The notes under the pieces were generated by a model. That model was not told the DNA's origin. It was given only the letters and a program-made list of their open reading frames with translations, and made no database searches. DNA of 64,000 bases from Verrucomicrobiia bacterium (GTDB lineage Bacteria > Verrucomicrobiota > Verrucomicrobiia > Limisphaerales > UBA1319): positions 5,184,001-5,248,000 of the forward strand of contig OY760937.1 of the NCBI GenBank assembly GCA_963664225.1, read 5' to 3'. Shown here piece after piece: positions 17,860 through 27,773 of the stretch. Both the position numbers and the translations under genes were made by a program. Position 1 is the first letter of the stretch. Every line of letters begins with the position of its first letter.

Positions 17860-19703
17860 AACAGCTTTCGTTGAAGCATGGAGAGGGTTTTCTCCAATTC
17901 TGGCCACAGCGATAGAGTGGTGGTGGCGGTGGCGGGCTGGAGTGAAAAACGCCCCCCGTCCGCTGCGGCAAACACGCTTTTAATAAGAGTTCCCTGCGTT
18001 CCCGCACGTTCTTCCGGCGTTAACGTATTGAGCACATCCTCGCAGACCAGCGCGTTGGGATTGGCTGCGGATTGGGGCGCGCAAACCACCCGCATGGCGG
18101 CGATGGCGGCGGCGACAAATCCAGGCGCATCCTGGCGTGCCACAGATTTCTTAAGCGCCCTCAAATTTGCTTTGAAGGCCCGCTGCGCCTCGTGCTTTCG
18201 AACCACTTCCGGATGCAGCGCGAAGTATTGTCGGCGGCGGTTCCAAAACCAAAGGGCGCTCAGAATGCTTGTCGGCAGGAGTTGCAGCGCGATAAACCAG
18301 GGGCGCTGCTGCAATGGAGCATAACTCCAAGCCTTCCTGCCAGGTGTTTCCGCCAGGCCAGTCATCACGGATTGAGCGGCTTCTCCATTATTGTTTGAGG
18401 TTTCCGAGTCGGCTAATGAGGGAGCCAATGGAAGGGTTTGCGGCTGCGCGCCACCCGGCGCGGGATTCACTTTAAGCGGAACTGGTGGAATGGTGATATC
18501 GACAAAACTCTTTTGCTGTGGATCAAAAAAAGCAAATGGAATGGCGGGAGTCGCGCGCAAGCGGTCACTTAACGGAATCAAGGTGTAACTAAAACTGCGC
18601 ACTCCAGAAAATGGAGAGGTGTTTGGCGTTAGGGCATCCGTGGTCGGCGGAAACACCTGCCATAACGCAGTGCTGACGGGGCGGGGTAATGGGAATCGTG
18701 AAATGTTACCTTCGCCTTTGACAATAACAGTGAGAGTAACAGGGTCGCCAGCGCGGACTTCATCCGAGGAAAGCTTGGGCGGTTCAAGCTGAAAATGTCC
18801 CATTGCGCCCGTGAATCCAGGTAACTCGCCTGTTTTAGGCAATGGTAGAATGTCCAGAGTCACCGGGGCCGAATCCACCAGAGGCATATAAAGGGCGGGA
18901 TTGGGATTTGGGCCGAATAGTGCCGGATTAATGATCGCGTTGACTTGGGCCAGAAGCTGATTTTTTCCATGGCGGATGGGTGTGACGAGCACCTCCGCAA
19001 CCATTGCGATTGAGGACTTGCCGTTGCGGGTGGTGATATCGCGACGCTGGCGTATCGACGTGGGATCCATCATGAAAGCGTCCCCTTGGATTTGAAGTTG
19101 CGTCATGCCCTGCACACTGTTGTTGCCGGTGTCGAGAAGTAGGATTTTTATCGGAATGGCCTGCCCTGTGTAGAATTGTCCGGGTGGCAACTCCACCACA
19201 ACGGTGGGACTCCCTGGGGTGGCGGCCACGTTGGCAGCAGTGACAGTTAAATGAGCTTGAGGAACGACGATCGACTTGCCATAAGCCGTCAGCGAAAAGG
19301 ATGGTATGACGTAGTTGCCTGGATTATTCGCCGACGCCCTGAAATTAATGGTGGTGCGCGGAATCAGTTTGTTGCCGTTGGGGAGAAAAAGCTGGCCGCG
19401 TCCACCTGCGACCAATTCCAAGCCCGGGGGATTGGGGAGCGCAGATGGAAGTTGCACCGACTCATTCATGGCATTGAGGGTGATTCGAAAGGTGACTATG
19501 GCGCCTGCAGGAATTATCGGAGGATCGAATTGTGCATTGACAACCACTGGGGCATCGACATCGATCGACGGTTGTTGAAGCATCAATGTGCTCAACACGT
19601 CGGGGTTTGTCTGCGCCGGTGCCGCAAGCACCATGCAAAGGCCAAACAGCAGGCATAATAATCTTGCGAAGACCGATAGGTGTATTTTACCAGTTGCGTC
19701 CAT
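17856..19703 (-). CDS. BatD-like protein
   Basis: Signal peptide, Ig-like repeats, FTGAMGHF, GDPVTLTVIVKGEGNI, FAFFDP, C-terminal TM. Confidence 0.8.
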   Translation of the reverse strand: MDATGKIHLSVFARLLCLLFGLCMVLAAPAQTNPDVLSTLMLQQPSIDVDAPVVVNAQFDPPIIPAGAIVTFRITLNAMNESVQLPSALPNPPGLELVAGGRGQLFLPNGNKLIPRTTINFRASANNPGNYVIPSFSLTAYGKSIVVPQAHLTVTAANVAATPGSPTVVVELPPGQFYTGQAIPIKILLLDTGNNSVQGMTQLQIQGDAFMMDPTSIRQRRDITTRNGKSSIAMVAEVLVTPIRHGKNQLLAQVNAIINPALFGPNPNPALYMPLVDSAPVTLDILPLPKTGELPGFTGAMGHFQLEPPKLSSDEVRAGDPVTLTVIVKGEGNISRFPLPRPVSTALWQVFPPTTDALTPNTSPFSGVRSFSYTLIPLSDRLRATPAIPFAFFDPQQKSFVDITIPPVPLKVNPAPGGAQPQTLPLAPSLADSETSNNNGEAAQSVMTGLAETPGRKAWSYAPLQQRPWFIALQLLPTSILSALWFWNRRRQYFALHPEVVRKHEAQRAFKANLRALKKSVARQDAPGFVAAAIAAMRVVCAPQSAANPNALVCEDVLNTLTPEERAGTQGTLIKSVFAAADGGRFSLQPATATTTLSLWPELEKTLSMLQRKLL

Positions 19704-21618
19704 TGTTGTCTTTAGGTGTTCCGGTCTGTTCCAAACCCAGGGGCAGCTTTCGATTGGCATCCAATTTAAGCGATTCCATCAATCGAATGGCTTCGTCGCG
19801 ATCCATTTTTTTCTCTTTGCCCTCTTGCGCCGGGGCCTCCTGATCGCCTTTTCTGGGTTCCTTGGGTTTATCGTTTTCCTCTTCTTCATCACCCCCGTCA
19901 TCCTTGGCATCCTCGCTGTCTTTTGGGAGACGTTTTTTTAATTCCGCCATCATGCGTTTTACTTTTTCGCTATCGCCTTTAAGGAACATGGAGGATTCTT
20001 GCTCGCGCTGCAGCATGTCAATCAGTTGAGCAATGTTGGCATCGACGAAATCGCCGTTGGCTTTTGCTGCGGCGTCGGATGGATTCAGTTCAAAAGCGCT
20101 TTTAAAGTCTCCAGAAGCGCGCTGCCACTTGAGCAAAACGCTGCTGTGCGTGTCCATCGCCCGCTTAACGACTTGTGTGACTGTTTTAAGTTCTTTGCGG
20201 GCTCCCCGGCCTCGCCTGTATGCGGCGGTGATGGCATCGATGTTACTGGATGCCAACGCATTGCTTCCGTCAACCAAGCTGTCAGCCGAGTTGGCCAGGA
20301 TGTTTTTGGCTTGTTGTTGGACCTGACCGCTGGCGATTTCCTTCAAGGCCTCGATGCCTTGACGAAAGCGGGTGTGACCGAGATTAAAAAGGGCGGTGGA
20401 TTGAACACGGGGGTCGTTTGAGGCAACGGCGGTTTGCAAATAAGATTCGGCCTGATTCAAGTTCGTGTTGTTAAGTTGTTGGGTGCCCGCGTTATAAAAC
20501 TCGCGCGGGGTGTGTGGTTCCGGCGGATCGTTGGTCGCGGCAGAAAGGGGTGTATTTGCATATAAAATGCTTATAATAAGCAGGATAAATGCGGTGTGGT
20601 GTATGTGCATTCGGCGACGGGTGCCGAGAAGGGATTCCATAACGAGAAGCAATATAACTAACGCCACAGGGAGATGGAAGCGGTCCACTCCATATTTAAG
20701 CGTAGGCGTATAATGCGCGGAGTTTGAAGGGGTCTGGATATTCAGGAGCACTTTGTTCATGCCTTCACCCATGGCACCCAAGGGTTGATAAGTTGCATGG
20801 GTGATTTGGGCAATGTCGCGGAGGGTTTGTTCATCAAGGCGGCTGAGGACGGGATTGCCAGATGCATCCTTTACGAGTTCAGGGACACCCTGCGGCGTGG
20901 AAATATGAATCTGGGATCCGGCGCTTGTGCCGATGCCAATGGTGAACACCTGGACATCCTTTTCTGTGAGTTTGCGAGCTTGTTCAATGCCTGTTTTTTG
21001 CAGGTCCTCGCCGTCAGTCAGAAGGACCATGATTTTACGCCGGTCGAGCTTTTCCATGGCAAGAAAGGCCTCGTCCAATGCGCGGCCCAGATCGGTTCCC
21101 TGCACGGGTATGGAATGCTCGTCGAGCGAAGATATGGCTTCGCGAAAGGCTTCGTAATCGTAGGTCAGTGGACAGAGGAGGAAGGCTTGTCCGGCGAAGG
21201 CCACGAGACCGACGCGTCCCTGGCCGTGTTTTTGCACGAAATCCATGACGGCAAATTTCGCACGGGTCAGGCGGTTCGGGCGGATATCGCCGGCCATCAT
21301 GCTTTGGGAGCAGTCGATCAGGAAAAGGATATCCTGGCCCATGGTTTCGGTGACCTCGGTTTGCTCGCCCCATTGAGGGCGCGCCAACGCGATGCCGATG
21401 GCGGCAACGGCAAGAACCAGAAGGGTTTCTTTAAATATGCGCTTTCGCGGGCTATGGGAACGGAGCATGTTCTGCAGGATTTCAGGAACCGCAAGGAGTC
21501 CGAGATCCCTGCGGCGCGACCATGCGGCATAGCGATGCAGAAGGATCAGGGTAATGCAGGCAAGAATTGCAAGCCACAGCCAACGGGGTTCCGCGAAATG
21601 GGGGTTGGTGAAGTCCAT
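19687..21618 (-). CDS. BatB-like VWA protein fused to TPR (BatC-like) region
   Basis: ALARPQWG, MIDAS DCSQSM, LLTDGED, TPRs (FYNAGT, LFNLGH), acidic tail ending RNW; ATG 21618 preferred. Confidence 0.82.
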   Translation of the reverse strand: MDFTNPHFAEPRWLWLAILACITLILLHRYAAWSRRRDLGLLAVPEILQNMLRSHSPRKRIFKETLLVLAVAAIGIALARPQWGEQTEVTETMGQDILFLIDCSQSMMAGDIRPNRLTRAKFAVMDFVQKHGQGRVGLVAFAGQAFLLCPLTYDYEAFREAISSLDEHSIPVQGTDLGRALDEAFLAMEKLDRRKIMVLLTDGEDLQKTGIEQARKLTEKDVQVFTIGIGTSAGSQIHISTPQGVPELVKDASGNPVLSRLDEQTLRDIAQITHATYQPLGAMGEGMNKVLLNIQTPSNSAHYTPTLKYGVDRFHLPVALVILLLVMESLLGTRRRMHIHHTAFILLIISILYANTPLSAATNDPPEPHTPREFYNAGTQQLNNTNLNQAESYLQTAVASNDPRVQSTALFNLGHTRFRQGIEALKEIASGQVQQQAKNILANSADSLVDGSNALASSNIDAITAAYRRGRGARKELKTVTQVVKRAMDTHSSVLLKWQRASGDFKSAFELNPSDAAAKANGDFVDANIAQLIDMLQREQESSMFLKGDSEKVKRMMAELKKRLPKDSEDAKDDGGDEEEENDKPKEPRKGDQEAPAQEGKEKKMDRDEAIRLMESLKLDANRKLPLGLEQTGTPKDNNGRNW

Positions 21619-21619
21619 A

Positions 21620-22660
21620 TCAGGGCAGGCGACGGAACCGGGTGTTTGCGAGAATGATTTCCATGGCCAGCAGGGCGGCGGCGGCGAGCAGGGGCCATTG
21701 GAACAACGGGGTGAAAGTGGTGTAACGGCGCAATTTGACTTCGGTTTTTTCGAGTTGGTCAATTTCGCTGTAGATCTCTCCGAGTTCTCGACGATTCGTG
21801 GCGCGGTAGAATCGGCCTTTTGTCGCGCGGGCCATGTCGTCAAGGACTTTGTAATTGGCCGGTTGCAGGGTCATGGTGGGGATGGTTTGGCCTGCGGCAT
21901 CAAGACGCAGTTTCCCGGTCTTTGGATCGAACGCGGGCAGGACGCAGGGTTTTTCCTGGCCGATACCAATGGTGTAGAGCTTTGTTCTTAGGGCTGCCGC
22001 CAATTGGGCTGAGGGCAGGGGATCAATGTCGCCCTTGTTGTTATCCCCATCGGTGAGCAGGATGATGATACGGCTTTTGCTGTCCTTGAGAACCTGGAGG
22101 CGTTTAACTGCGGTGGCCGTGGCATCACCAATGGCCGTGCCCAACTCCTGAATCATCCCGATGTGGAGGCGTTTGAGGTTTTGAGTGAGCCAGTCATGAT
22201 TGAGGGTCAGAGGGCAGACCAGGTATGGAACGGCGCTGAAACCGATGAGCCCGAGGCGATCGTTTTGTCTCTTTTGGATGAAATCTCCCATGACGGATTG
22301 GGCGATGGCGATTCGGGATAGGCGTTCCGAGGGCGCTCCCATGTCAATGGCCATCATGGACCAGGAAAGGTCCAGAACGAGCATGATGTCGACGCCGCTG
22401 GCCTGGGTTTCGGTGCGGTCGTGGGCGAAGCGCGGACCCGCGAGCGCCACGATGCAGAGAGCGATCACGAGGATGCGCAGCGAAAGGATCAGCCGTCCGG
22501 CCGTGGCGCGGGCGGCATTGGCGGCAGCACGGGCAATTTCCGCGCTCGGGAACAGGAGCGAGGATCGCCCGCCGATGCGCCCTTGGAGGAAGGCATAGAG
22601 CGGCAGCAGTGCCAACAGGCCCAGCACCCAGGGGTATTGAAATTGGAAATGCGAATTCAT
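21620..22660 (-). CDS. BatA-like VWA domain protein
   Basis: FQYPWVL, DLSWSM MIDAS, GTAIGDA, LLTDGDNN, IDQLEKT. Confidence 0.88.
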   Translation of the reverse strand: MNSHFQFQYPWVLGLLALLPLYAFLQGRIGGRSSLLFPSAEIARAAANAARATAGRLILSLRILVIALCIVALAGPRFAHDRTETQASGVDIMLVLDLSWSMMAIDMGAPSERLSRIAIAQSVMGDFIQKRQNDRLGLIGFSAVPYLVCPLTLNHDWLTQNLKRLHIGMIQELGTAIGDATATAVKRLQVLKDSKSRIIILLTDGDNNKGDIDPLPSAQLAAALRTKLYTIGIGQEKPCVLPAFDPKTGKLRLDAAGQTIPTMTLQPANYKVLDDMARATKGRFYRATNRRELGEIYSEIDQLEKTEVKLRRYTTFTPLFQWPLLAAAALLAMEIILANTRFRRLP

Positions 22661-23217
22661 GTATTCGCAGGCCCCGCTGTTAATGAGCTTTTTGTTTGCT
22701 CGAGAGCACGCTGCGCCATGATCAATCGTTCGACGAGCGTCTTCGCTTGTTCCGCCAAAGGTGCGGGTGTTGGTATGGATTGGTCGCGATGTGACGTATT
22801 GTCGAATGCGATGTGGTCGCAGTTACGAAGGATGTTTTCGATTTCAGCAAGGAGTTCTGGAGTCAGGCCGCGTTGGCGATGGAGCAGTGGGAGAAGTTCT
22901 TCTGTGGTCATGGCCTCGCACGGGATAAAGAATATTGCGATGAGATATTCGCGCAGGGCGTGGGCGATCATCAAGGCGTCTTCGGGTGTGGCGGGTCTGA
23001 TGGGCAACCCTGCAAGACGCTGGCGAACGATGGATTCAGGAGCCGGGGCGGGGGTGAGGGCGATAACACGTTTTCGGGTCATGAAAACCACAAACAGGGC
23101 GATGGCCAAGATCATTAGAGCACCGAGCCATCCGTAGGCTTCCCATGCCGAGGGCGGCAATTCTCCCTTGGGGGGAACCATTTTCTGCGGCTGAGCGATG
23201 TTGGTGGCTGAGGGCAT
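22657..23217 (-). CDS. hypothetical single-TM protein of the bat cluster
   Basis: TM then LREYL...MTTEEL...CDHIAF; position between DUF58 and BatA. Confidence 0.7.
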   Translation of the reverse strand: MPSATNIAQPQKMVPPKGELPPSAWEAYGWLGALMILAIALFVVFMTRKRVIALTPAPAPESIVRQRLAGLPIRPATPEDALMIAHALREYLIAIFFIPCEAMTTEELLPLLHRQRGLTPELLAEIENILRNCDHIAFDNTSHRDQSIPTPAPLAEQAKTLVERLIMAQRALEQTKSSLTAGPANT

Positions 23218-23241
23218 TTTTTGGGCGTCAGACTGGATCAG

Positions 23242-24159
23242 TTAGCGCCAGGCCTGACCGCGTTGGCGGGTTTCGAAGAAGGTCTGGAGCTTTTGCGCGA
23301 AAGGCTCGCGCGTGTTCAGACGGATGGAAGGGATTCCGGTCTGGCGCAGGGCACGATCCAATGTGTTCAAGCGATCCGCGTTGGATTGGGCGTAACGTTC
23401 ACGAAGCGAGGTGCGATGGGAGTCCAATTCGAGGAGTTCTCCGGTTTCGGCGTCCTCAATGGTGAGCAGGCCGGCTTCGGGCAGTTGGCTTTCAAGTGGA
23501 TCGTGGAGGTGGATGCAGACGAGATCGTGCCGGGCATTGGCGAGGCCGATTTCCTGAAGCGCGCTTCTGGAAGATGTGGACGGTTTCAGAGGATCGAAGC
23601 TGTGCAGAAAATCGGTGATCAGGAATACCAGGCAGGTCCGGTGGAGCATGTGGTTGAGAAAAGCCAGCGCAGAGCCGATCTGAGTGCCTTTGTTGCGGGG
23701 TTGGTGGAATACCATTTCCTGGATCATGCGCAGGATGTGGCGGCGGCTTTTGCGCATGGGCAGGAAAAGTTCAACCTGGTCGGTGAAAAGGCAAAGGGCG
23801 GCTTTATCTCCGTTGCGTGTTGCGGAAAAGGCGAGGGTGGCCCCGACTTCCGCGGCAAATTCTCTTTTGGTCAGGGAGCCGGATGCAAAGGAACTGGAGG
23901 CGGAGATGTCCATGGCCACGACGATGCCCAGTTCCCGTTCTTCACGGTATTCCTTGATGAACGGGCGGCCCATGCGGTTGGTGACGTTCCAGTCGATATC
24001 GCGGACATCGTCGCCGGGCATGTATTCGCGGAGTTCCTCGAAATCGAGACCGCGCCCCTTGAATTGGCTGAGGCAGCCGCCGACCATCATGTCATTGACA
24101 AGGCGGTTGGTGCGAATTTCGACGCGTCGGACCGTTTCAAGCATTTCGCGGACGTTCAT
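23242..24159 (-). CDS. DUF58 family protein
   Basis: FKGRGLDFEELREYMPGDDVRDIDWNVT...EEREL. Confidence 0.92.
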   Translation of the reverse strand: MNVREMLETVRRVEIRTNRLVNDMMVGGCLSQFKGRGLDFEELREYMPGDDVRDIDWNVTNRMGRPFIKEYREERELGIVVAMDISASSSFASGSLTKREFAAEVGATLAFSATRNGDKAALCLFTDQVELFLPMRKSRRHILRMIQEMVFHQPRNKGTQIGSALAFLNHMLHRTCLVFLITDFLHSFDPLKPSTSSRSALQEIGLANARHDLVCIHLHDPLESQLPEAGLLTIEDAETGELLELDSHRTSLRERYAQSNADRLNTLDRALRQTGIPSIRLNTREPFAQKLQTFFETRQRGQAWR

Positions 24160-24162
24160 GCC

Positions 24163-25152
24163 TCAGGGCACCGGGATGGTGTTAAAGATTTTCTTGATGA
24201 GGAAATCGGTGGTGATGCCCTCAGCCTCGGCTTCATATGTGAGGATGATGCGGTGGCGGAGAACGTCCGGTCCAATGGATTTAATATCCTGGGGTGTGAC
24301 GTAGGTGCGGCCCTGCAAAAGCGCCCAAGCCTTGGCGGCGAGGGTGAGCGCAATGGTGGCGCGCGGGGAGGCTCCAAACTGGATGTAGCGTTTGAGGTCG
24401 AGATGGTATTGCTCTGGGGAACGTGTGGCAAAGACGACACGGACGACGTAATCGCGGATTTTGTCATCGACGTGTATGGAGTCCACGAGTTTGCGGGTCT
24501 GATGAATTTGCTCCAGTTCGATGACCGGTTTGACCGTGGTATCGGGAGCAGTAAAAGCCATGGTATCGAGAATCTTGCGCTCCTCTTCGAAAGTGGGATA
24601 GCCGACAATGACCTTGAACATGAAGCGGTCGACCTGAGCTTCGGGCAGTGGATAAGTGCCTTCCTGGTCGATGGGGTTTTCAGTTGCCAGAACGAGAAAC
24701 GGGGAGGGCAGGGGCATTGTTTCGCCACCGAGGGTTACTTGACGCTCCTGCATGGCCTCGAGCAGGGCGGATTGGACTTTGGCCGGGGCGCGATTGATTT
24801 CATCGGCGAGGACAAAGTGGGCGAAGATGGGGCCTTTGGTGGCTCTGTAGGCACCGTCCTGTGGATTATAGATGAGCGTGCCCACAATGTCTGCAGGCAG
24901 CAGGTCGGGGGTGAACTGGATTCGGTGAAATTGTGCGTGGATGGCGGCGGCAAGGGTGCGCACGCACATGGTCTTGGCGAGGCCGGGCACGCCTTCGAGC
25001 AATACATGCCCGTTGGCAAGCAGGCCAACCAATAGGCGGTCCACCAAATATTGCTGGCCGACAATGACCCGTGCGACTTCCTGCCGCAAGGCGTTGACCC
25101 AAGTGGCGGTCCGTGTGACCTGGCCTTCCAATTCGTCCAAATTAACTCTCAT
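24163..25152 (-). CDS. moxR: MoxR family AAA+ ATPase
   Basis: GHVLLEGVPGLAKT, RIQFTPDLLPADI, DEINRAPAKVQSALLEAMQE, GASPRA; ATG 25152 preferred. Confidence 0.95.
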   Translation of the reverse strand: MRVNLDELEGQVTRTATWVNALRQEVARVIVGQQYLVDRLLVGLLANGHVLLEGVPGLAKTMCVRTLAAAIHAQFHRIQFTPDLLPADIVGTLIYNPQDGAYRATKGPIFAHFVLADEINRAPAKVQSALLEAMQERQVTLGGETMPLPSPFLVLATENPIDQEGTYPLPEAQVDRFMFKVIVGYPTFEEERKILDTMAFTAPDTTVKPVIELEQIHQTRKLVDSIHVDDKIRDYVVRVVFATRSPEQYHLDLKRYIQFGASPRATIALTLAAKAWALLQGRTYVTPQDIKSIGPDVLRHRIILTYEAEAEGITTDFLIKKIFNTIPVP

Positions 25153-25394
25153 GCAAGACAGGGATGAATACTCTGGAATGGGGATTGACTCAAGCGCGGA
25201 GACGGAAAATTGTCGGGAGACAGAATGACAAAGATCTGGAGTGAAACGGTTTGGGCTGATAAAAGAAGGGAAATGAACAGGATTGGGAGGTTTATGATCA
25301 AAACACGTAACAGGGGCGATTGGACAGCGGGTGCAATTTTTCGATTGGCGGAAGTGATCGTGTGAATGCATGTTAAATTCAAATGAGATTAACA

Positions 25395-25796
25395 ATGAAA
25401 ATGAAATGGGGTGTCCTGGTTTCAATCACCGTCACTTCGTTGAGTCTGCTTTGCGGCTGTGCATCGACCGATGTGGGTGGAGCCGCCGCCGTGGCGACGG
25501 GAACTGGTTCGGCCACGTACAATGGTGGGGAACTAAGTTCTGAGGAGAGCGTGGGGCTGGAACAGGGTTGGAAGGCGATCCTGGCTCAGGCAAGGGAGAT
25601 GCAGAGTGCCGTGGAGGATCAATGGAAAAATGAAGTCAGCGCGCAGGTCGTTTTTCGGGACCAGGCTAACAACAAAATCGATATTAAATTGACGGTCGCA
25701 AAGGAAGGGTCGACGACATTTCGGATTAAGGTGGGTTCCTTTGGAGATGAGATCTATTCACAAGAAATATTGTCAAAAATCCGCAAACGATTCTGA
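25395..25796 (+). CDS. DUF3568-like lipoprotein
   Basis: Lipobox LCGC, Gly/Ala-rich segment, IKVGSFGDE..S..IL..I tail. Confidence 0.7.
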   Translation: MKMKWGVLVSITVTSLSLLCGCASTDVGGAAAVATGTGSATYNGGELSSEESVGLEQGWKAILAQAREMQSAVEDQWKNEVSAQVVFRDQANNKIDIKLTVAKEGSTTFRIKVGSFGDEIYSQEILSKIRKRF

Positions 25797-25980
25797 AGGA
25801 GACGGTTGCCACAAACTGCAAATTTAATAATTTGCATGATGTTGGCATGAAACTTGTTGCATATTGGGTTGGTGTCCTGCGGTGGACGGCATGGGAAATG
25901 TGAATAATCGCGAAGCTGCCGTTGACACTTTGTTTGCAAGTAGCTAGGGTCTTAACAAAATAAAACGAATTGGTGATACG

Positions 25981-26739
25981 ATGCTTTTACGAATTGCTTT
26001 AATTGTGGCGATTATCGCTGGCTTGGGGGCCACGGCCGTCAGCCATTTCCAGGTGGATCCGAAGATCAAGTTAATCACCGGGGAACGCGATGAGAACGCG
26101 CAACAGCGTGACACAGCGCTGGCGAATGAAAAGACGGCCAAGAAGAAGGCTGACGATACCAAGAAAGAACTTGATAAGACCAACAAGGAGCTAGCGGATA
26201 AGACCACCAGTCTGGAGACAATGACCGCGGAGGCCGCTTCGCAACGTCAACGGGGTAACACCCTGGCGGGCAAGTTGGAGACCACAACCATGGAGCGCAA
26301 TGAGGCTCAGACAAAACTGGCGGCCTGGGATGCCACAGGATTGAACGTCGATCAAGTTTCCAATGTGGTTTACTCATTGAAAGCGGTTACGACGGAGCGG
26401 GATGCGATTCAGGAGGAGAACACGGTTCTTTTGCGTGACAACCGGCAATTGGATGCCCGGCTGAAGAAATATGAGATTCCCGGTGCAAAAATAACCCTGC
26501 CCCCGACCCTCAAGGGCAAAGTGGTGGCTGTGGATGCGAAGTGGGATTTTGTGGTTTTGGATATCGGCACGGATCAAGGAGCTGTGGAGGATGGAGAAAT
26601 GCTGGTGAATCGCGGGGGGAAATTGGTTGCGAAGGTTAAATTAACGAGTGTGCAGCGCTCGCGGAGCATCGCCAATATCATTCCTGAATGGAAGCAGGGG
26701 GAGATCAGCGCGGGCGACCTGGTGATCTCGAGTCTGTAA
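25981..26739 (+). CDS. membrane-anchored coiled-coil protein with C-terminal beta-barrel
   Basis: N-terminal TM, long coiled coil, GKVVAVDAKWDFVVLDIG..QG...IANI (FlgT-C-like). Confidence 0.75.
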   Translation: MLLRIALIVAIIAGLGATAVSHFQVDPKIKLITGERDENAQQRDTALANEKTAKKKADDTKKELDKTNKELADKTTSLETMTAEAASQRQRGNTLAGKLETTTMERNEAQTKLAAWDATGLNVDQVSNVVYSLKAVTTERDAIQEENTVLLRDNRQLDARLKKYEIPGAKITLPPTLKGKVVAVDAKWDFVVLDIGTDQGAVEDGEMLVNRGGKLVAKVKLTSVQRSRSIANIIPEWKQGEISAGDLVISSL

Positions 26740-26767
26740 ACCTGCAGCGTGGAATCTCAATCGTGCA

Positions 26768-26968
26768 ATGCGTCCCAACAGGATCAATGTGATTAAGAAA
26801 TTGAAGGCCGTATTGGCTCGCAGGGCGTTTTTTCTTTTATTGCTCGGGATTGCCAGCCTGATTGTAGGATGCGCAACGACGGAATCCGAAAACGAGTCTT
26901 CGCGGCCGTGGAACACGCCCAAATCTTGGGAAAACGGTTTGCCTGCGGGTTTGTACGAGGGTCGATAG
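26768..26968 (+). CDS. small lipoprotein
   Basis: Hydrophobic segment, IVGC lipobox, SSRPWNTPKSWE; followed by a terminator. Confidence 0.6.
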   Translation: MRPNRINVIKKLKAVLARRAFFLLLLGIASLIVGCATTESENESSRPWNTPKSWENGLPAGLYEGR

Positions 26969-26995
26969 ATTTCTTATCAGCATCCGTTTATTTCA

Positions 26996-27029
26996 GCCGC
27001 GAGTGATTATTGCTCGCGGTGTTTTTTTT
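26996..27029 (+). terminator. intrinsic terminator
   Basis: ccgcgagtga-ttat-tgctcgcgg followed by T8. Confidence 0.7.
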
Positions 27030-27119
27030 GATATTCGGCTGATGGAGGGTCCAAAGACTAGTTTTGGGGGGCGCGAATTCCTCTTGATGGTTTCTTATTT
27101 CTTTTTCTAAAGTACCAAC

Positions 27120-27773
27120 GTGGATTTATTGAGTTATAGTGTTACAGCTCTTTTGGCGTACTTGCTGGGTTCGATACCGACCGGTTATCTGGCGGGGCGT
27201 ATCTTTGGCATCGATATTCGCAAGGAGGGTAGTGGAAACATAGGCGCGACAAACGTTTTGCGTATTCTGGGGAAGGGTGCGGGATCGTTTGTTCTGGCGA
27301 TCGATGCTCTGAAGGGGTTTGCCGCGTGCGCATGGCTGGCGCCGATGGTCCAGCACGCGATTGGGGCTCCGCCGACAGATCGTACGGAATACTTACTTGC
27401 ATTGGCGGGGCTTTGCGCCGTGATGGGTCATAATTACACTTGTTGGCTCGGTTTCAAGGGCGGCAAGGGAATTTCCACTTCAGCGGGGGTGTTCGGAGCG
27501 CTGGTTCCATACGCGGTTTTAATCACTGTAGTGGTGTGGGTGCTGGTCCTGGCGCTGACGCGGTATGTGTCGCTCGCGTCTATTGCAGCGGCATTTACAT
27601 TGCCTGTGATGGTGTGGTGGTGGAGCGGTTCATACTTATATTTGGGGGCGATTTCAATTATCAGCGTCGTTGCGCTCTATAAGCACCGGTCGAATATGCA
27701 GCGGTTGCTCAATGGGACTGAAAACCGCTTTGGAAAGAAGAGCGGGGCAGAAAAGGAGAATGAAAAGGCATGA
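27120..27773 (+). CDS. plsY: glycerol-3-phosphate acyltransferase PlsY
   Basis: YLLGSIP, GSGNIGATNVLR, FKGGKGIST, KHRSNMQRLLNGTE. Confidence 0.96.
   Translation: MDLLSYSVTALLAYLLGSIPTGYLAGRIFGIDIRKEGSGNIGATNVLRILGKGAGSFVLAIDALKGFAACAWLAPMVQHAIGAPPTDRTEYLLALAGLCAVMGHNYTCWLGFKGGKGISTSAGVFGALVPYAVLITVVVWVLVLALTRYVSLASIAAAFTLPVMVWWWSGSYLYLGAISIISVVALYKHRSNMQRLLNGTENRFGKKSGAEKENEKA

Noticed and set aside
20785..21657. 290-aa + strand ORF
   Set aside because: Antisense to the BatB-like gene.
23221..25035. 604-aa + strand ORF
   Set aside because: Antisense shadow of moxR and DUF58; no recognisable motifs.
17032..25152. MoxR-DUF58-Bat cluster as a novel system
   Set aside because: Well-known widespread operon; the BatB-TPR fusion is a common variant.
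25843..25860. TGGCATGAAACTTGTT as a sigma54 promoter
   Set aside because: The -12 element reads GT rather than the required GC.
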